Positions 47,099 through 56,321 of a stretch of DNA of 64,000 bases are shown piece after piece (the first letter of the stretch is position 1; every line of letters begins with the position of its first letter). Position numbers and translations under genes: made by a program. This DNA is from Clostridium sp. CAG:1000. Lineage in GTDB: Bacteria; Bacillota_I; Bacilli_A; RF39; UBA660. Where the stretch lies: positions 3,864-67,863 of the forward strand of contig HG000340.1 in the NCBI GenBank assembly GCA_000436975.1, read 5' to 3'. The notes beneath the pieces are model-generated. The model was not told the DNA's origin, searched no databases, and was given only the letters and a program-made list of their open reading frames with translations.

Positions 47099-47120
47099 TT
47101 TCAAACAAATGAAACTTTTT
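47097..47120 (+). terminator. Rho-independent terminator
   Basis: Hairpin agtttca/tgaaact followed by TTTT. Confidence 0.65.
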
Positions 47121-47233
47121 AATTGTTTTTCTTTACAAACAAATGTACTTATTATATAATTGTTTTGGCAATTATATTATATTTGTAGTATAATATGTTT
47201 GCTTTTAGTGATTACTAATATTAGAGGTGTGTT

Positions 47234-50044
47234 ATGGATAAAATTATTATTAAGAATGCAAGAGAAAATAATTTAAAAAATATAAATTTAGAATTACCTA
47301 AAAATAAATTAATAGTTATGACTGGAGTATCAGGAAGCGGTAAGAGTAGTTTGGCTTTTGATACTATATATGCTGAAGGGCAAAGAAGATATGTTGAAAG
47401 TTTAAGTGCATATGCAAGACAATTCTTAGGCAATATGAATAAAGCTAAAGTTGATTCAATAGAAGGACTTAGTCCCAGTATAAGTATTGATCAAAAATCA
47501 ACTAATAAGAATCCAAGAAGTACTGTTGGTACCATTACTGAGATATATGATTATCTTAGACTTTTATATGCAAGAATAGGTATTCCTTATTGTCCTAAAC
47601 ATAATATACCTGTCACTACTCAAAGCATTGAAGAAATGACTAATAAAGTATTAGAGTATGAAGTAGGTACTAAAATAGAAATAATGTCACCAGTAGTACA
47701 TGGAGAAAAAGGAACACAAAAAGAATTATTAGATTCACTTGTTAAAGACGGCTATGTAAGAGCAAGAATAGATGGTGAAGTAAAAGATTTAAATGAAGAA
47801 ATAAATCTTGAAAAAAATATTAAACATAGAATAGAAGTTATTATAGATAGATTAGTTATAAAAGAAGAATCAAGAAGTAGAATATTTGAAGCAATAGAGA
47901 CCTCTGTTAAATTATCTAAAGGTAAAGTAGTAATAAATATTATTGGAGATAAAGAAATAGTGTTTAGTGAAAACTATGCTTGTCCTTTATGTGACTTTAG
48001 TTTGCCTGAACTTGAACCAAGATTATTTTCATTTAATAGTCCATATGGAGCATGTCCTGATTGTAAAGGACTTGGAGTTAAAAAGCATATAGATGAAGAT
48101 ATATTAATACCAGATAAAAGTCTTTCTATTATGGATGGAGCGGTAACATCTTTTCAAAGTGGAGAAACATTAAATATCTATTTTAAGAAACTAGGTATAG
48201 TAGCTAAACATTATAATATAGATTTATATAAACCAGTTAAAGATTTAACAAGAAAAGAACTTGATATAATACTTTATGGTAGTAGTGAAAAGCTTGATTT
48301 ATCAATTACTACTCGTAGTGGTAGTGTTTTAAAAAGCTATGATTATTTTGAAGGAATCATTTCTAATTTAGAAAGAAGATATGTAGAAACAGTATCACCA
48401 TCTATTAGAGAATGGATAGAAAGATATATGACTGAACTTCCTTGCCCTAGTTGTCATACTGCTAGACTTAAAAGTGAGGTATTGACTGTTAAAATTAAAA
48501 ATAAAAATATATTTGAAATTACTAATATGAGTATTAAAGACTTGATAGAGTTTTTAGATAAATTAAAACTTAATGAACATGAGCTTGAAATATCATCATT
48601 AATAATTAAAGAAATTAAGGAAAGATTATTATTTTTAAAGAATGTTGGTCTTGAATATTTAACTCTTTCTAGAAATGCATCTACATTAAGTGGTGGAGAG
48701 GCACAAAGGATTAGACTTGCTACTCAAATAGGAAGTAGATTATCAGGTATTCTTTATGTACTTGATGAGCCTTCAATTGGACTTCATCAAAGAGATAATG
48801 AAAAACTAATTGAATCATTAAAAGAAATGAGAGATCTTGGTAATACTCTAATAGTTGTAGAGCATGATACAGATACTATGCTTGCTGCTGATTATATTGT
48901 TGATATCGGACCACATGCTGGTAGCGAAGGCGGATATTTAGTATGTGAAGGTACAGTTAAAGATATAATGAATTGTGATGAGTCTATTACAGGAAAATAC
49001 TTAAGTGGTAAAGAAAAAATAGAAATACCAAAGAAAAGAAGAAAAGGAAATGGTAAGAGTATAAAACTTACTGGATGCACAGAAAACAATCTTAAAAATA
49101 TAAAAGTTGATTTTCCTCTTGGTAAATTTATTTGTGTAACTGGAGTATCAGGAAGTGGTAAGAGTACACTTGTAAATGAAATACTTGGTAAAACATTATT
49201 TAATAAAATATATAATTCTAAAGATAAACCAGGTAAGTATAAAACAATTAAAGGACTTGAAAATGTAGATAAAGTTGTAAATATAAGCCAAGATCCAATT
49301 GGTAGAACACCTAGAAGTAATCCGGCAACATATGTAGGAGTATTTGATTCAATAAGAGATGTTTTTGCACAAACAAAAGAAGCTAAAATAAGAGGATATG
49401 ATAAGAGTAGATTTAGTTTCAATGTAAAAGGTGGAAGATGTGAAGCATGCAATGGAGATGGCCTTAAAAAAATTGAAATGCACTTCTTACCTGATGTTTA
49501 TGTGCCATGTGATGTATGTAACGCTACTAGATACAATAAAGAAACATTAAAAATTAAATTTAAAGGATATAATATATCAGAAGTACTTGATTTAACTGTA
49601 AGTGATGCATTAAAAGTATTTGAAAATGTGCCTAAAGTCTATAAGACACTTAAAATAATGGAAGAAGTTGGTCTTGGTTATGTTAAACTTGGACAAAACG
49701 CAGTTACTTTAAGTGGTGGAGAAGCATCAAGAGTAAAACTTGCTAAGGAACTTCAAAAGAAACCTACTGGTAAAAGTATATTCATATTAGATGAGCCATC
49801 AACTGGTCTTCATCAAGATGATATAAAAAGATTGCTTATAATACTTAATAGAATAGTTGATAATGGAGACACTGTTATTGTAATTGAACATAATTTAGAT
49901 ATAATTGCTCAAGCAGATTACTTAATAGATTTAGGCCCAGAAGGTGGAGATGGTGGAGGTACTATAGTTGCTTGTGGTACACCTGAAGAAGTAAGTAAAT
50001 GCAAAGAATCATATACAGGTTATTATTTAAATAAAATGCTTTAA
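47234..50044 (+). CDS. uvrA: Excinuclease ABC subunit A
   Basis: Two ABC modules (GVSGSGKSS, GVSGSGKST), zinc-finger CxxC pairs, LSGGE signature motifs. Confidence 0.95.
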   Translation: MDKIIIKNARENNLKNINLELPKNKLIVMTGVSGSGKSSLAFDTIYAEGQRRYVESLSAYARQFLGNMNKAKVDSIEGLSPSISIDQKSTNKNPRSTVGTITEIYDYLRLLYARIGIPYCPKHNIPVTTQSIEEMTNKVLEYEVGTKIEIMSPVVHGEKGTQKELLDSLVKDGYVRARIDGEVKDLNEEINLEKNIKHRIEVIIDRLVIKEESRSRIFEAIETSVKLSKGKVVINIIGDKEIVFSENYACPLCDFSLPELEPRLFSFNSPYGACPDCKGLGVKKHIDEDILIPDKSLSIMDGAVTSFQSGETLNIYFKKLGIVAKHYNIDLYKPVKDLTRKELDIILYGSSEKLDLSITTRSGSVLKSYDYFEGIISNLERRYVETVSPSIREWIERYMTELPCPSCHTARLKSEVLTVKIKNKNIFEITNMSIKDLIEFLDKLKLNEHELEISSLIIKEIKERLLFLKNVGLEYLTLSRNASTLSGGEAQRIRLATQIGSRLSGILYVLDEPSIGLHQRDNEKLIESLKEMRDLGNTLIVVEHDTDTMLAADYIVDIGPHAGSEGGYLVCEGTVKDIMNCDESITGKYLSGKEKIEIPKKRRKGNGKSIKLTGCTENNLKNIKVDFPLGKFICVTGVSGSGKSTLVNEILGKTLFNKIYNSKDKPGKYKTIKGLENVDKVVNISQDPIGRTPRSNPATYVGVFDSIRDVFAQTKEAKIRGYDKSRFSFNVKGGRCEACNGDGLKKIEMHFLPDVYVPCDVCNATRYNKETLKIKFKGYNISEVLDLTVSDALKVFENVPKVYKTLKIMEEVGLGYVKLGQNAVTLSGGEASRVKLAKELQKKPTGKSIFILDEPSTGLHQDDIKRLLIILNRIVDNGDTVIVIEHNLDIIAQADYLIDLGPEGGDGGGTIVACGTPEEVSKCKESYTGYYLNKML

Positions 50045-50170
50045 TACTTATGTATTAGAGCTTTTTTATACACAAATGCTAAATTTGTTGCTTTTTTATC
50101 CAACATATGGTAAAATATAGTCCAATTCCAAAGGTAGTTATTAAAAAGAATGTGGGGTTAGGAGAATAAA

Positions 50171-51661
50171 ATGAATAAAGAAAATTTTGAGGAAAGATTA
50201 AGTCTAATCAAAGAGAAAATAGATTATTTAATCATTATGAATATTGAATTTAAAAACTATAAAAATATTGTTGATTCTTTAGAAAAAGACATAGAAAAAA
50301 AATATAAAGAAATCATAGATACTTATACATCACCACTATTAGAATTAATGATTGATAATTTATATAAAAATGCTTTATATAGACTTAAATTTATTGAGTG
50401 CGACTTTCTTCCATACAATGATTATTTAAATACTTGTTTATTAGTTAAAAACATATCTATTTCTATTGATAAAAATGATTTGTCAGAGAAAGAATTAAAT
50501 GAATTAATAGATAATATTATTAATATACTTAATACATCTAGTAAATTAGATAATAACACTCTTAATATGATTTATTCTGTTTGTTATAAATTAATGCAGT
50601 TAGAAATAAATAAAACTTCTACAAGCAGAATAATAGAATATTCTAAGAATAATATTGGACTTAGAAATTATCTTAAAGATAGACTTGAGAAAGATGTTTT
50701 AACTAGTGATAAAGTATCTCCAAATGAATGTGATATTGCATATGAATGTACATCATCTCTTGATGATAAAATAATAAAAGAAGAAATAGTTATGGATGTC
50801 ACAAGCGATAATATCAAAGCTGAAGTAATGGCTGAACTAAAAGGATTTTTAGAAAAAATAGGGTCTAATAATTTAGAAATGGAAAAACTATCTAACACGA
50901 GAAAAAAGAATAATCCAGTAGCAGTTACAATTGCTACATATACATCTATTCTAGCAGTAGCATTCACAGTTGTAAAAGTTGTTCATGATAACTCAACTAC
51001 ACATGAATATTTAACAACTAAAACAACTATTACTTCAACTGATAGCTTTGAAAGTAAAAAATATATGCCTGAAATTAAAAATGGATATCAAGAATTAGTT
51101 GTTGAGTCATTTCCTTGGTCTGATTTAGGAAATGGAACCGCTGTTAAAAAAGTGATATCTTATGATGTTACTACTTCAGATGTGAATAAAGATAATTATG
51201 AAGATTCAGATCTTTCTGATTATAAAAAAGAAACAAGTGTGAGAAAATCAGCAAGTGAAAACTTTAATATTAATTTTAATGGTGATGTAGAAAGAAACTT
51301 TGTTACTTTAACTCAAGACTTAACTAATGAAAGAACTAGATTTGATGGACTTACATTCTATATTTATATGTTTTTGGGTTCTTTATGTGGAATATTTACT
51401 CTTTTATTAGCAGGTGGTTTATATGAGAATGCTAGTGGAGAATATATTAAAGATTTAATTCATGAAGCACATAGAAGAATTAAGAATGGTGAAATGGGTG
51501 CTTCTGAACAAGAAAAAATAAATAAATATACAAAAAAATATTTAAAACTAATGAAAGAAAATGAAGAAGTTAAAAATAGATTTATGGAACTATATAATAA
51601 ATATTTAGAGATATTAGACCTAGATGAATTAAAAAAAGAATATAATAGAATAATTAAATAA
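50171..51661 (+). CDS. Hypothetical coiled-coil protein with two TM segments
   Basis: AGGAG RBS. TM-like VAVTIATYTSILAVAFTVVKVV and LTFYIYMFLGSLCGIFTLLLAGGL. I recognise no family. Confidence 0.55.
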   Translation: MNKENFEERLSLIKEKIDYLIIMNIEFKNYKNIVDSLEKDIEKKYKEIIDTYTSPLLELMIDNLYKNALYRLKFIECDFLPYNDYLNTCLLVKNISISIDKNDLSEKELNELIDNIINILNTSSKLDNNTLNMIYSVCYKLMQLEINKTSTSRIIEYSKNNIGLRNYLKDRLEKDVLTSDKVSPNECDIAYECTSSLDDKIIKEEIVMDVTSDNIKAEVMAELKGFLEKIGSNNLEMEKLSNTRKKNNPVAVTIATYTSILAVAFTVVKVVHDNSTTHEYLTTKTTITSTDSFESKKYMPEIKNGYQELVVESFPWSDLGNGTAVKKVISYDVTTSDVNKDNYEDSDLSDYKKETSVRKSASENFNINFNGDVERNFVTLTQDLTNERTRFDGLTFYIYMFLGSLCGIFTLLLAGGLYENASGEYIKDLIHEAHRRIKNGEMGASEQEKINKYTKKYLKLMKENEEVKNRFMELYNKYLEILDLDELKKEYNRIIK

Positions 51662-51832
51662 ACAAACAAATATTATAATGGTATGTTTGATGGATTAAGT
51701 ATTGGACAGATACAATCCTTATATAAGTGACTATTCACTTCTGTTTTTTATGTTAATCATTTGTAAATTGGATAAAACAATATAAATTAATTTAAATAAT
51801 TAAAGAGTGGTCTTTAATTATTTTTGTTTTTA

Positions 51833-51848
51833 TGATAAAATCTTACTT
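51833..51848 (+). promoter_or_regulatory. Extended -10 promoter immediately upstream of the lepA ATG (possible leaderless start)
   Basis: TGaTAAAAT (51833-51841), then 7 nt, then ATG at 51849. No Shine-Dalgarno sequence. Confidence 0.4.
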
Positions 51849-53633
51849 ATGAAACAGGAAAATATTAGAAATTTTTGTATAATAGCACATATAGATCATG
51901 GGAAGAGTACTCTTGCTGATAGAATACTTGATATTTGTCATGCAGTAACAGAAAGAGAAAAGAAAGCGCAAATACTTGATTCAATGGATCTTGAACGTGA
52001 ACGTGGAATAACTATCAAATTAAATGCAGTCGAGTTAAAATATAAAGATCATATTTTACATTTAATAGATACTCCAGGGCATGTAGACTTTAGTTATGAA
52101 GTAAGTCGTAGTCTTGCTGCTTGTGAAGGGGCAATACTTGTAGTAGATGCTACTCAGGGAATAGAAGCACAAACTCTTGCTAACTTATATTTAGCTCTTG
52201 ATGCTAATCTTAAAATAATACCAGTCATTAATAAAATAGATCTACCTAATGCAGATCCTGAAAGGGTTAAAGATGAACTTGTAAACACTATTGGATTTGA
52301 AAGAGATGAAATAATATTATGCTCTGGTAAGACAGGTGAAGGAGTAGTTGAACTACTTGATGCAGTAGTTGAAAGAATACCATCACCTAAGAGTGAAAAT
52401 AATGACTTGAGAGCATTAATATTTGATAGCTATTTTGATCCATATAAAGGTGTAGTAATACTTGTAAGAGTATTTGATGGTTCATTAAAAGTAGGAGATA
52501 AAATACATTTTATAAATAGTAAAGCTGATTATGAAGTTCTTGAACTTGGTAAACATACACCGCATGAAGTTAAAAAAGATAAACTATCTGCTGGAGAAGT
52601 TGGTTTTATATCTGCGTCAATTAAAAGTATTGAAGAGGTTGAGGTTGGTGACACTATTTGCCATACTAATAAAATAGTTGAACCTTTACCTGGATATAAA
52701 CCTATGAAACCTATGGTATTTTCAGGTATTTATCCAATTGATAGTACTAAATATAATGCTCTTAAAGAAGCATTATTAAAGCTTAAACTTAGTGATGCAG
52801 CCTTAACATTTGAACCAGAAACTTCTATAGCATTAGGTTTTGGATTTAGATGTGGTTTTTTAGGACTGCTTCATATGGAAATAATACAAGAGAGAATAGA
52901 ACGTGAATTTAATATAGATATAATCGCAACTAGCCCTTCTGTTATATACGAAGTTATACTTAGTGATGGTTCTACTATTATGGTAGACTCTCCATCAAAG
53001 ATGCCAGATCCTGGTAAAATAAGTAAAGTATTAGAACCTTTTGTTAAAGCAAATATATATGTTCCTTCTGAATATGTAGGCTCTATAATGGAACTATGTC
53101 AGGATAAAAGAGGTATTTATAAAAATATATCATATTTGGATGAAACTAGAGTTAATGTTATGTATGAACTTCCACTAAGTGAAATAGTTTATGATTTCTT
53201 TGACAAATTAAAAAGTTACACTAAGGGATATGCATCATTTGACTATGATTTTATAGGAAATAGAGAGAGTAAACTAGTTAAAATGGATATATTATTAAAT
53301 GGTGAAATAGTTGATGCTTTAAGCGTAATTGTACATAAAGATTTTGCATACAAAAGAGGAAAAGTTATATGTGAAAACCTAAAGAAAATAATACCTAGAC
53401 AAATGTTTCAAGTACCTATTCAAGCGTGTATAGGAGCTAAAGTAATTGCAAGGGAAGATATATCCGCGATGAAAAAAAATGTACTTGCTAAATGTTATGG
53501 TGGAGATGTTTCGAGAAAAAGAAAATTATTAGAGAAACAAAAAGAGGGTAAGAAAAGAATGAAACAAGTTGGTTCTGTTTCTATACCTCAGGAAGCATTC
53601 TTAACAATATTAAGTACTGATTCTAAAGAATAA
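51849..53633 (+). CDS. lepA: Elongation factor 4 (LepA)
   Basis: [21 protein letters not shown] and DTPGHVDF, plus the LepA C-terminal domain ([25 protein letters not shown]). Confidence 0.95.
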   Translation: MKQENIRNFCIIAHIDHGKSTLADRILDICHAVTEREKKAQILDSMDLERERGITIKLNAVELKYKDHILHLIDTPGHVDFSYEVSRSLAACEGAILVVDATQGIEAQTLANLYLALDANLKIIPVINKIDLPNADPERVKDELVNTIGFERDEIILCSGKTGEGVVELLDAVVERIPSPKSENNDLRALIFDSYFDPYKGVVILVRVFDGSLKVGDKIHFINSKADYEVLELGKHTPHEVKKDKLSAGEVGFISASIKSIEEVEVGDTICHTNKIVEPLPGYKPMKPMVFSGIYPIDSTKYNALKEALLKLKLSDAALTFEPETSIALGFGFRCGFLGLLHMEIIQERIEREFNIDIIATSPSVIYEVILSDGSTIMVDSPSKMPDPGKISKVLEPFVKANIYVPSEYVGSIMELCQDKRGIYKNISYLDETRVNVMYELPLSEIVYDFFDKLKSYTKGYASFDYDFIGNRESKLVKMDILLNGEIVDALSVIVHKDFAYKRGKVICENLKKIIPRQMFQVPIQACIGAKVIAREDISAMKKNVLAKCYGGDVSRKRKLLEKQKEGKKRMKQVGSVSIPQEAFLTILSTDSKE

Positions 53634-53885
53634 TTATTGAAAGAAAGTTAAGTTATCATTGTTATAAGTAATTTCTTTATTGACTTTTAATGGCTTACTT
53701 TCTTTTATTTCGTCTATTAATTTATTTTTTGGCTTTTTAAAAAGAGATTTTTCATGATTAAAATATGGTCTTACTTCTTTATATACTGGAATACTTTTTT
53801 TGATAATGCTAAGTGTTTTATTAGTATTAGAAGCAATACTTGATATATTAATTGTTTTTAAAAGACTTGATATATTTAAACTCAT
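53634..53885 (-). CDS. Hypothetical small protein (weak VrrA/YqfQ-like resemblance)
   Basis: AGGTGA RBS before the ATG at 53885. The stop abuts the lepA stop. Confidence 0.45.
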   Translation of the reverse strand: MSLNISSLLKTINISSIASNTNKTLSIIKKSIPVYKEVRPYFNHEKSLFKKPKNKLIDEIKESKPLKVNKEITYNNDNLTFFQ

Positions 53886-53999
53886 ATAATTCACCTATAA
53901 ATAGTATATGTAAATAAAATTAAAATAGTTAAAAAGTGTTTTTATTTTAAAAATAGTATGCTATAATTTATATATAGAATAGTAAGAGGGTGATTTTAT

Positions 54000-55475
54000 A
54001 TGGCTGAAAATCAAAATACTAATGGCGAAATATCACAAGTTAATAATACGGTTCAACCTATAAGCGGGGCTGTTCAAACACCTATGGCAGCTCAAACTAA
54101 TACTTCACAAACTAATGTTCAAAGTAATGAACCTACTGTAGAATCTAAAGAAAAAAAGCCTAAAAAAAATAAAAAAAGCAAGATAGATGAAAGTATGCTT
54201 GTTGAAATAAAAATTGATCCAGACGGACCTGATGCGGTAAAAAGTGATAAGAAACAAGCGTATAGATATTTAGCAAGGAATAAAGAAGGTGTGCTTGTCA
54301 AAGATTATTTTTCTGCTTATTCTAAATACGATGTATATTCTTATTTAGTTGATCAAGGAATGACAGTTTATAATATTGAGACTAATTCGATGATTAATTT
54401 CTTTAGAAAAGAAGCTCCAGTTGGTTCAGTTAAAATGAAAACTAAAGATTTGATATTTTGGTTAACTCAATTATCTACATATATTAAAGCTGGAATACCT
54501 CTTGCTGATGCAGTGAAAATCTTAGCTCAACAAGATAAGAGAAAGAAATATAAGCCTATATATGATTCATTAATATATGAACTTACTATGGGTGAGAGTT
54601 TTTCTGATGCTCTTGGTAAACAAGGTGCTGCGTTTCCACAGTTACTTGTTAATATGATTAAATCGGCTGAAATGATAGGCAAAATAGAAGATACTCTTGA
54701 TGAGATGGCCGATTATTATCAAGATATTGAGGATACTAAAAAAGCTGTTATTAGTGCGATTACATACCCTAGTATAGTTCTTCTTTTTGCAATAACAGTT
54801 ATTACATTTATGCTTGTATATATTATTCCAAAATTTAAAGATGTATTTGTATCTATGGGAGCTGAAATACCTGCTATAACTCAATTTGCACTTAATTTAT
54901 CAGCATTTTTAACTAATAATTATATCTATATAATTTCTGCAATAATAATATTTATTGTTGTATTTATATTTTCTTATAAAAAAATTAAATCATTTAAAGT
55001 ATTAATACAAAAAATTAATATGAGGTTACCTGTTATTGGTAAACTTATTATTGCAAAAGAAATGAGTATGTTTGCAAGTACGTTTGCAACTCTTACTAAA
55101 AATAGTGTAATGCTTACTGATTGCATGGAAATATTAAGTAAAATAACTTCAAATGAAATATACAAAGATATAATGAATAGAACTATGGATAACCTAATCA
55201 AGGGTGATAAAATGAGTGAGACATTTAAAGATAATTGGGCTATTCCTGATTTAGCATTTTATATGATACTTACTGGTGAAAATACTGGTGAACTTGGTAA
55301 TATGCTTGAAAAGGTCGGAGAATACTATTTAAAAGAAGAAAAAAACTTAGTAGGACAAATTAAGACATTTATAGAACCTGCGATGATTTTATTCTTAGCA
55401 GTTGCTGTTGGATTTATTGTTATTTCTGTTCTTGTTCCAATGTTTGGTATGTATCAAACAGTTGCGGCAGGATAA
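54000..55475 (+). CDS. Type II secretion system F family platform protein (PilC/ComGB-like) with a low-complexity N-terminal extension
   Basis: AGAGGGTGA RBS. Two GspF-type repeats and 3 TM segments. The first about 90 aa are Q/T/N/K-rich. Confidence 0.85.
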   Translation: MAENQNTNGEISQVNNTVQPISGAVQTPMAAQTNTSQTNVQSNEPTVESKEKKPKKNKKSKIDESMLVEIKIDPDGPDAVKSDKKQAYRYLARNKEGVLVKDYFSAYSKYDVYSYLVDQGMTVYNIETNSMINFFRKEAPVGSVKMKTKDLIFWLTQLSTYIKAGIPLADAVKILAQQDKRKKYKPIYDSLIYELTMGESFSDALGKQGAAFPQLLVNMIKSAEMIGKIEDTLDEMADYYQDIEDTKKAVISAITYPSIVLLFAITVITFMLVYIIPKFKDVFVSMGAEIPAITQFALNLSAFLTNNYIYIISAIIIFIVVFIFSYKKIKSFKVLIQKINMRLPVIGKLIIAKEMSMFASTFATLTKNSVMLTDCMEILSKITSNEIYKDIMNRTMDNLIKGDKMSETFKDNWAIPDLAFYMILTGENTGELGNMLEKVGEYYLKEEKNLVGQIKTFIEPAMILFLAVAVGFIVISVLVPMFGMYQTVAAG

Positions 55476-55492
55476 TATTTAAGGGGGAAGTT

Positions 55493-56257
55493 ATGTTAAT
55501 TACAATTATATTTATAACTATTCTTGGTGCGATAATGGGTAGTTTCTTAGGATGCATGGGATATAGAATACCAAACAAAATAAAAACTACCTATCCGAGT
55601 AGTTTTTGTGAATCATGCCATCATCCATTAAAGTGGTATATGAATATTCCAATTTTATCATATATAATCTTAAAAGGAAAATGTGCTTATTGTGGTAAAC
55701 AAATAGAATTCATTTATCCATTTGTAGAAATTGCTGGTGCTTCATTATTTTTATGTAATTACTTATTATTTGGTTTTACATATAATTTCTTTATTTGCAC
55801 AATAATTACATGTATGCTTTTAGTAACTATCGTTAGTGATTTTATGTATTATTATATATCTGATAGAGTATTAGTAATTGGAAGTTTAGCTCTTTTAGCG
55901 GTTAATTATTACTTTTTAACTATTAATCAAGTTTTTTATAATATTATTGCTGCTGTTATAATATTTGGAATTATGTACTTTATTAAAATATGTGGAAACA
56001 TTACATTTAAGAAAGAATCTCTTGGCGATGGAGATATTAAATTAATGGGAGTTATAGCTCTTGGACTTGGTCTTATTAATAGTTTTGTTACATTATTTTT
56101 TGGATCGTTAATTGGTCTTATATTTTCTGTATTTTCAATTAAAAAGAATAAAGATGGTATTATTCCTTTTGGACCATTTTTACTTATTGGAGCTTTAGTA
56201 GCATTATACTTTTCTAATTTAATAACGCCACTTATTGATAAATTTATAATAGGATGA
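55493..56257 (+). CDS. Prepilin peptidase (A24 family)
   Basis: GGGGGAAG RBS. CESCHHPLKWYMNIPILSYIILKGKCAYCGK zinc motif, and the catalytic-Asp region LGDGDIKLMG. Confidence 0.9.
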   Translation: MLITIIFITILGAIMGSFLGCMGYRIPNKIKTTYPSSFCESCHHPLKWYMNIPILSYIILKGKCAYCGKQIEFIYPFVEIAGASLFLCNYLLFGFTYNFFICTIITCMLLVTIVSDFMYYYISDRVLVIGSLALLAVNYYFLTINQVFYNIIAAVIIFGIMYFIKICGNITFKKESLGDGDIKLMGVIALGLGLINSFVTLFFGSLIGLIFSVFSIKKNKDGIIPFGPFLLIGALVALYFSNLITPLIDKFIIG

Positions 56258-56272
56258 CAAATCCTATTTTTT
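56249..56272 (+). terminator. Rho-independent terminator overlapping the peptidase stop
   Basis: Hairpin ataggat/atcctat followed by T6. Confidence 0.6.
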
Positions 56273-56306
56273 CATATAATTTTTACTTTATTGTCTAACA
56301 TTTTAG

Positions 56307-56321
56307 TGTTATAATTAACAA
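56307..56321 (+). promoter_or_regulatory. Extended -10 promoter placing the transcription start on the ATG at 56322 (possible leaderless start)
   Basis: TGtTATAAT (56307-56315), 6 nt, then ATG. No Shine-Dalgarno sequence. Confidence 0.45.

Noticed and set aside
50108-50170. 20-codon ORF (MVKYSPIPKVVIKKNVGLGE) ending just before the 50171 gene. It could be a uORF.
   Set aside because: It has no Shine-Dalgarno sequence, and its ATG is part of a likely extended -10 element (TGgTAAAAT).
53921-53945. AAAA-N5-TTTT (aaaaagtgttttt) resembles a ComK AT-box half-site upstream of pilC.
   Set aside because: Only two of the four AGTGTTTTT boxes have the upstream A-run, and I found no properly spaced second AT-box. 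The motif is reported without a regulator assignment.
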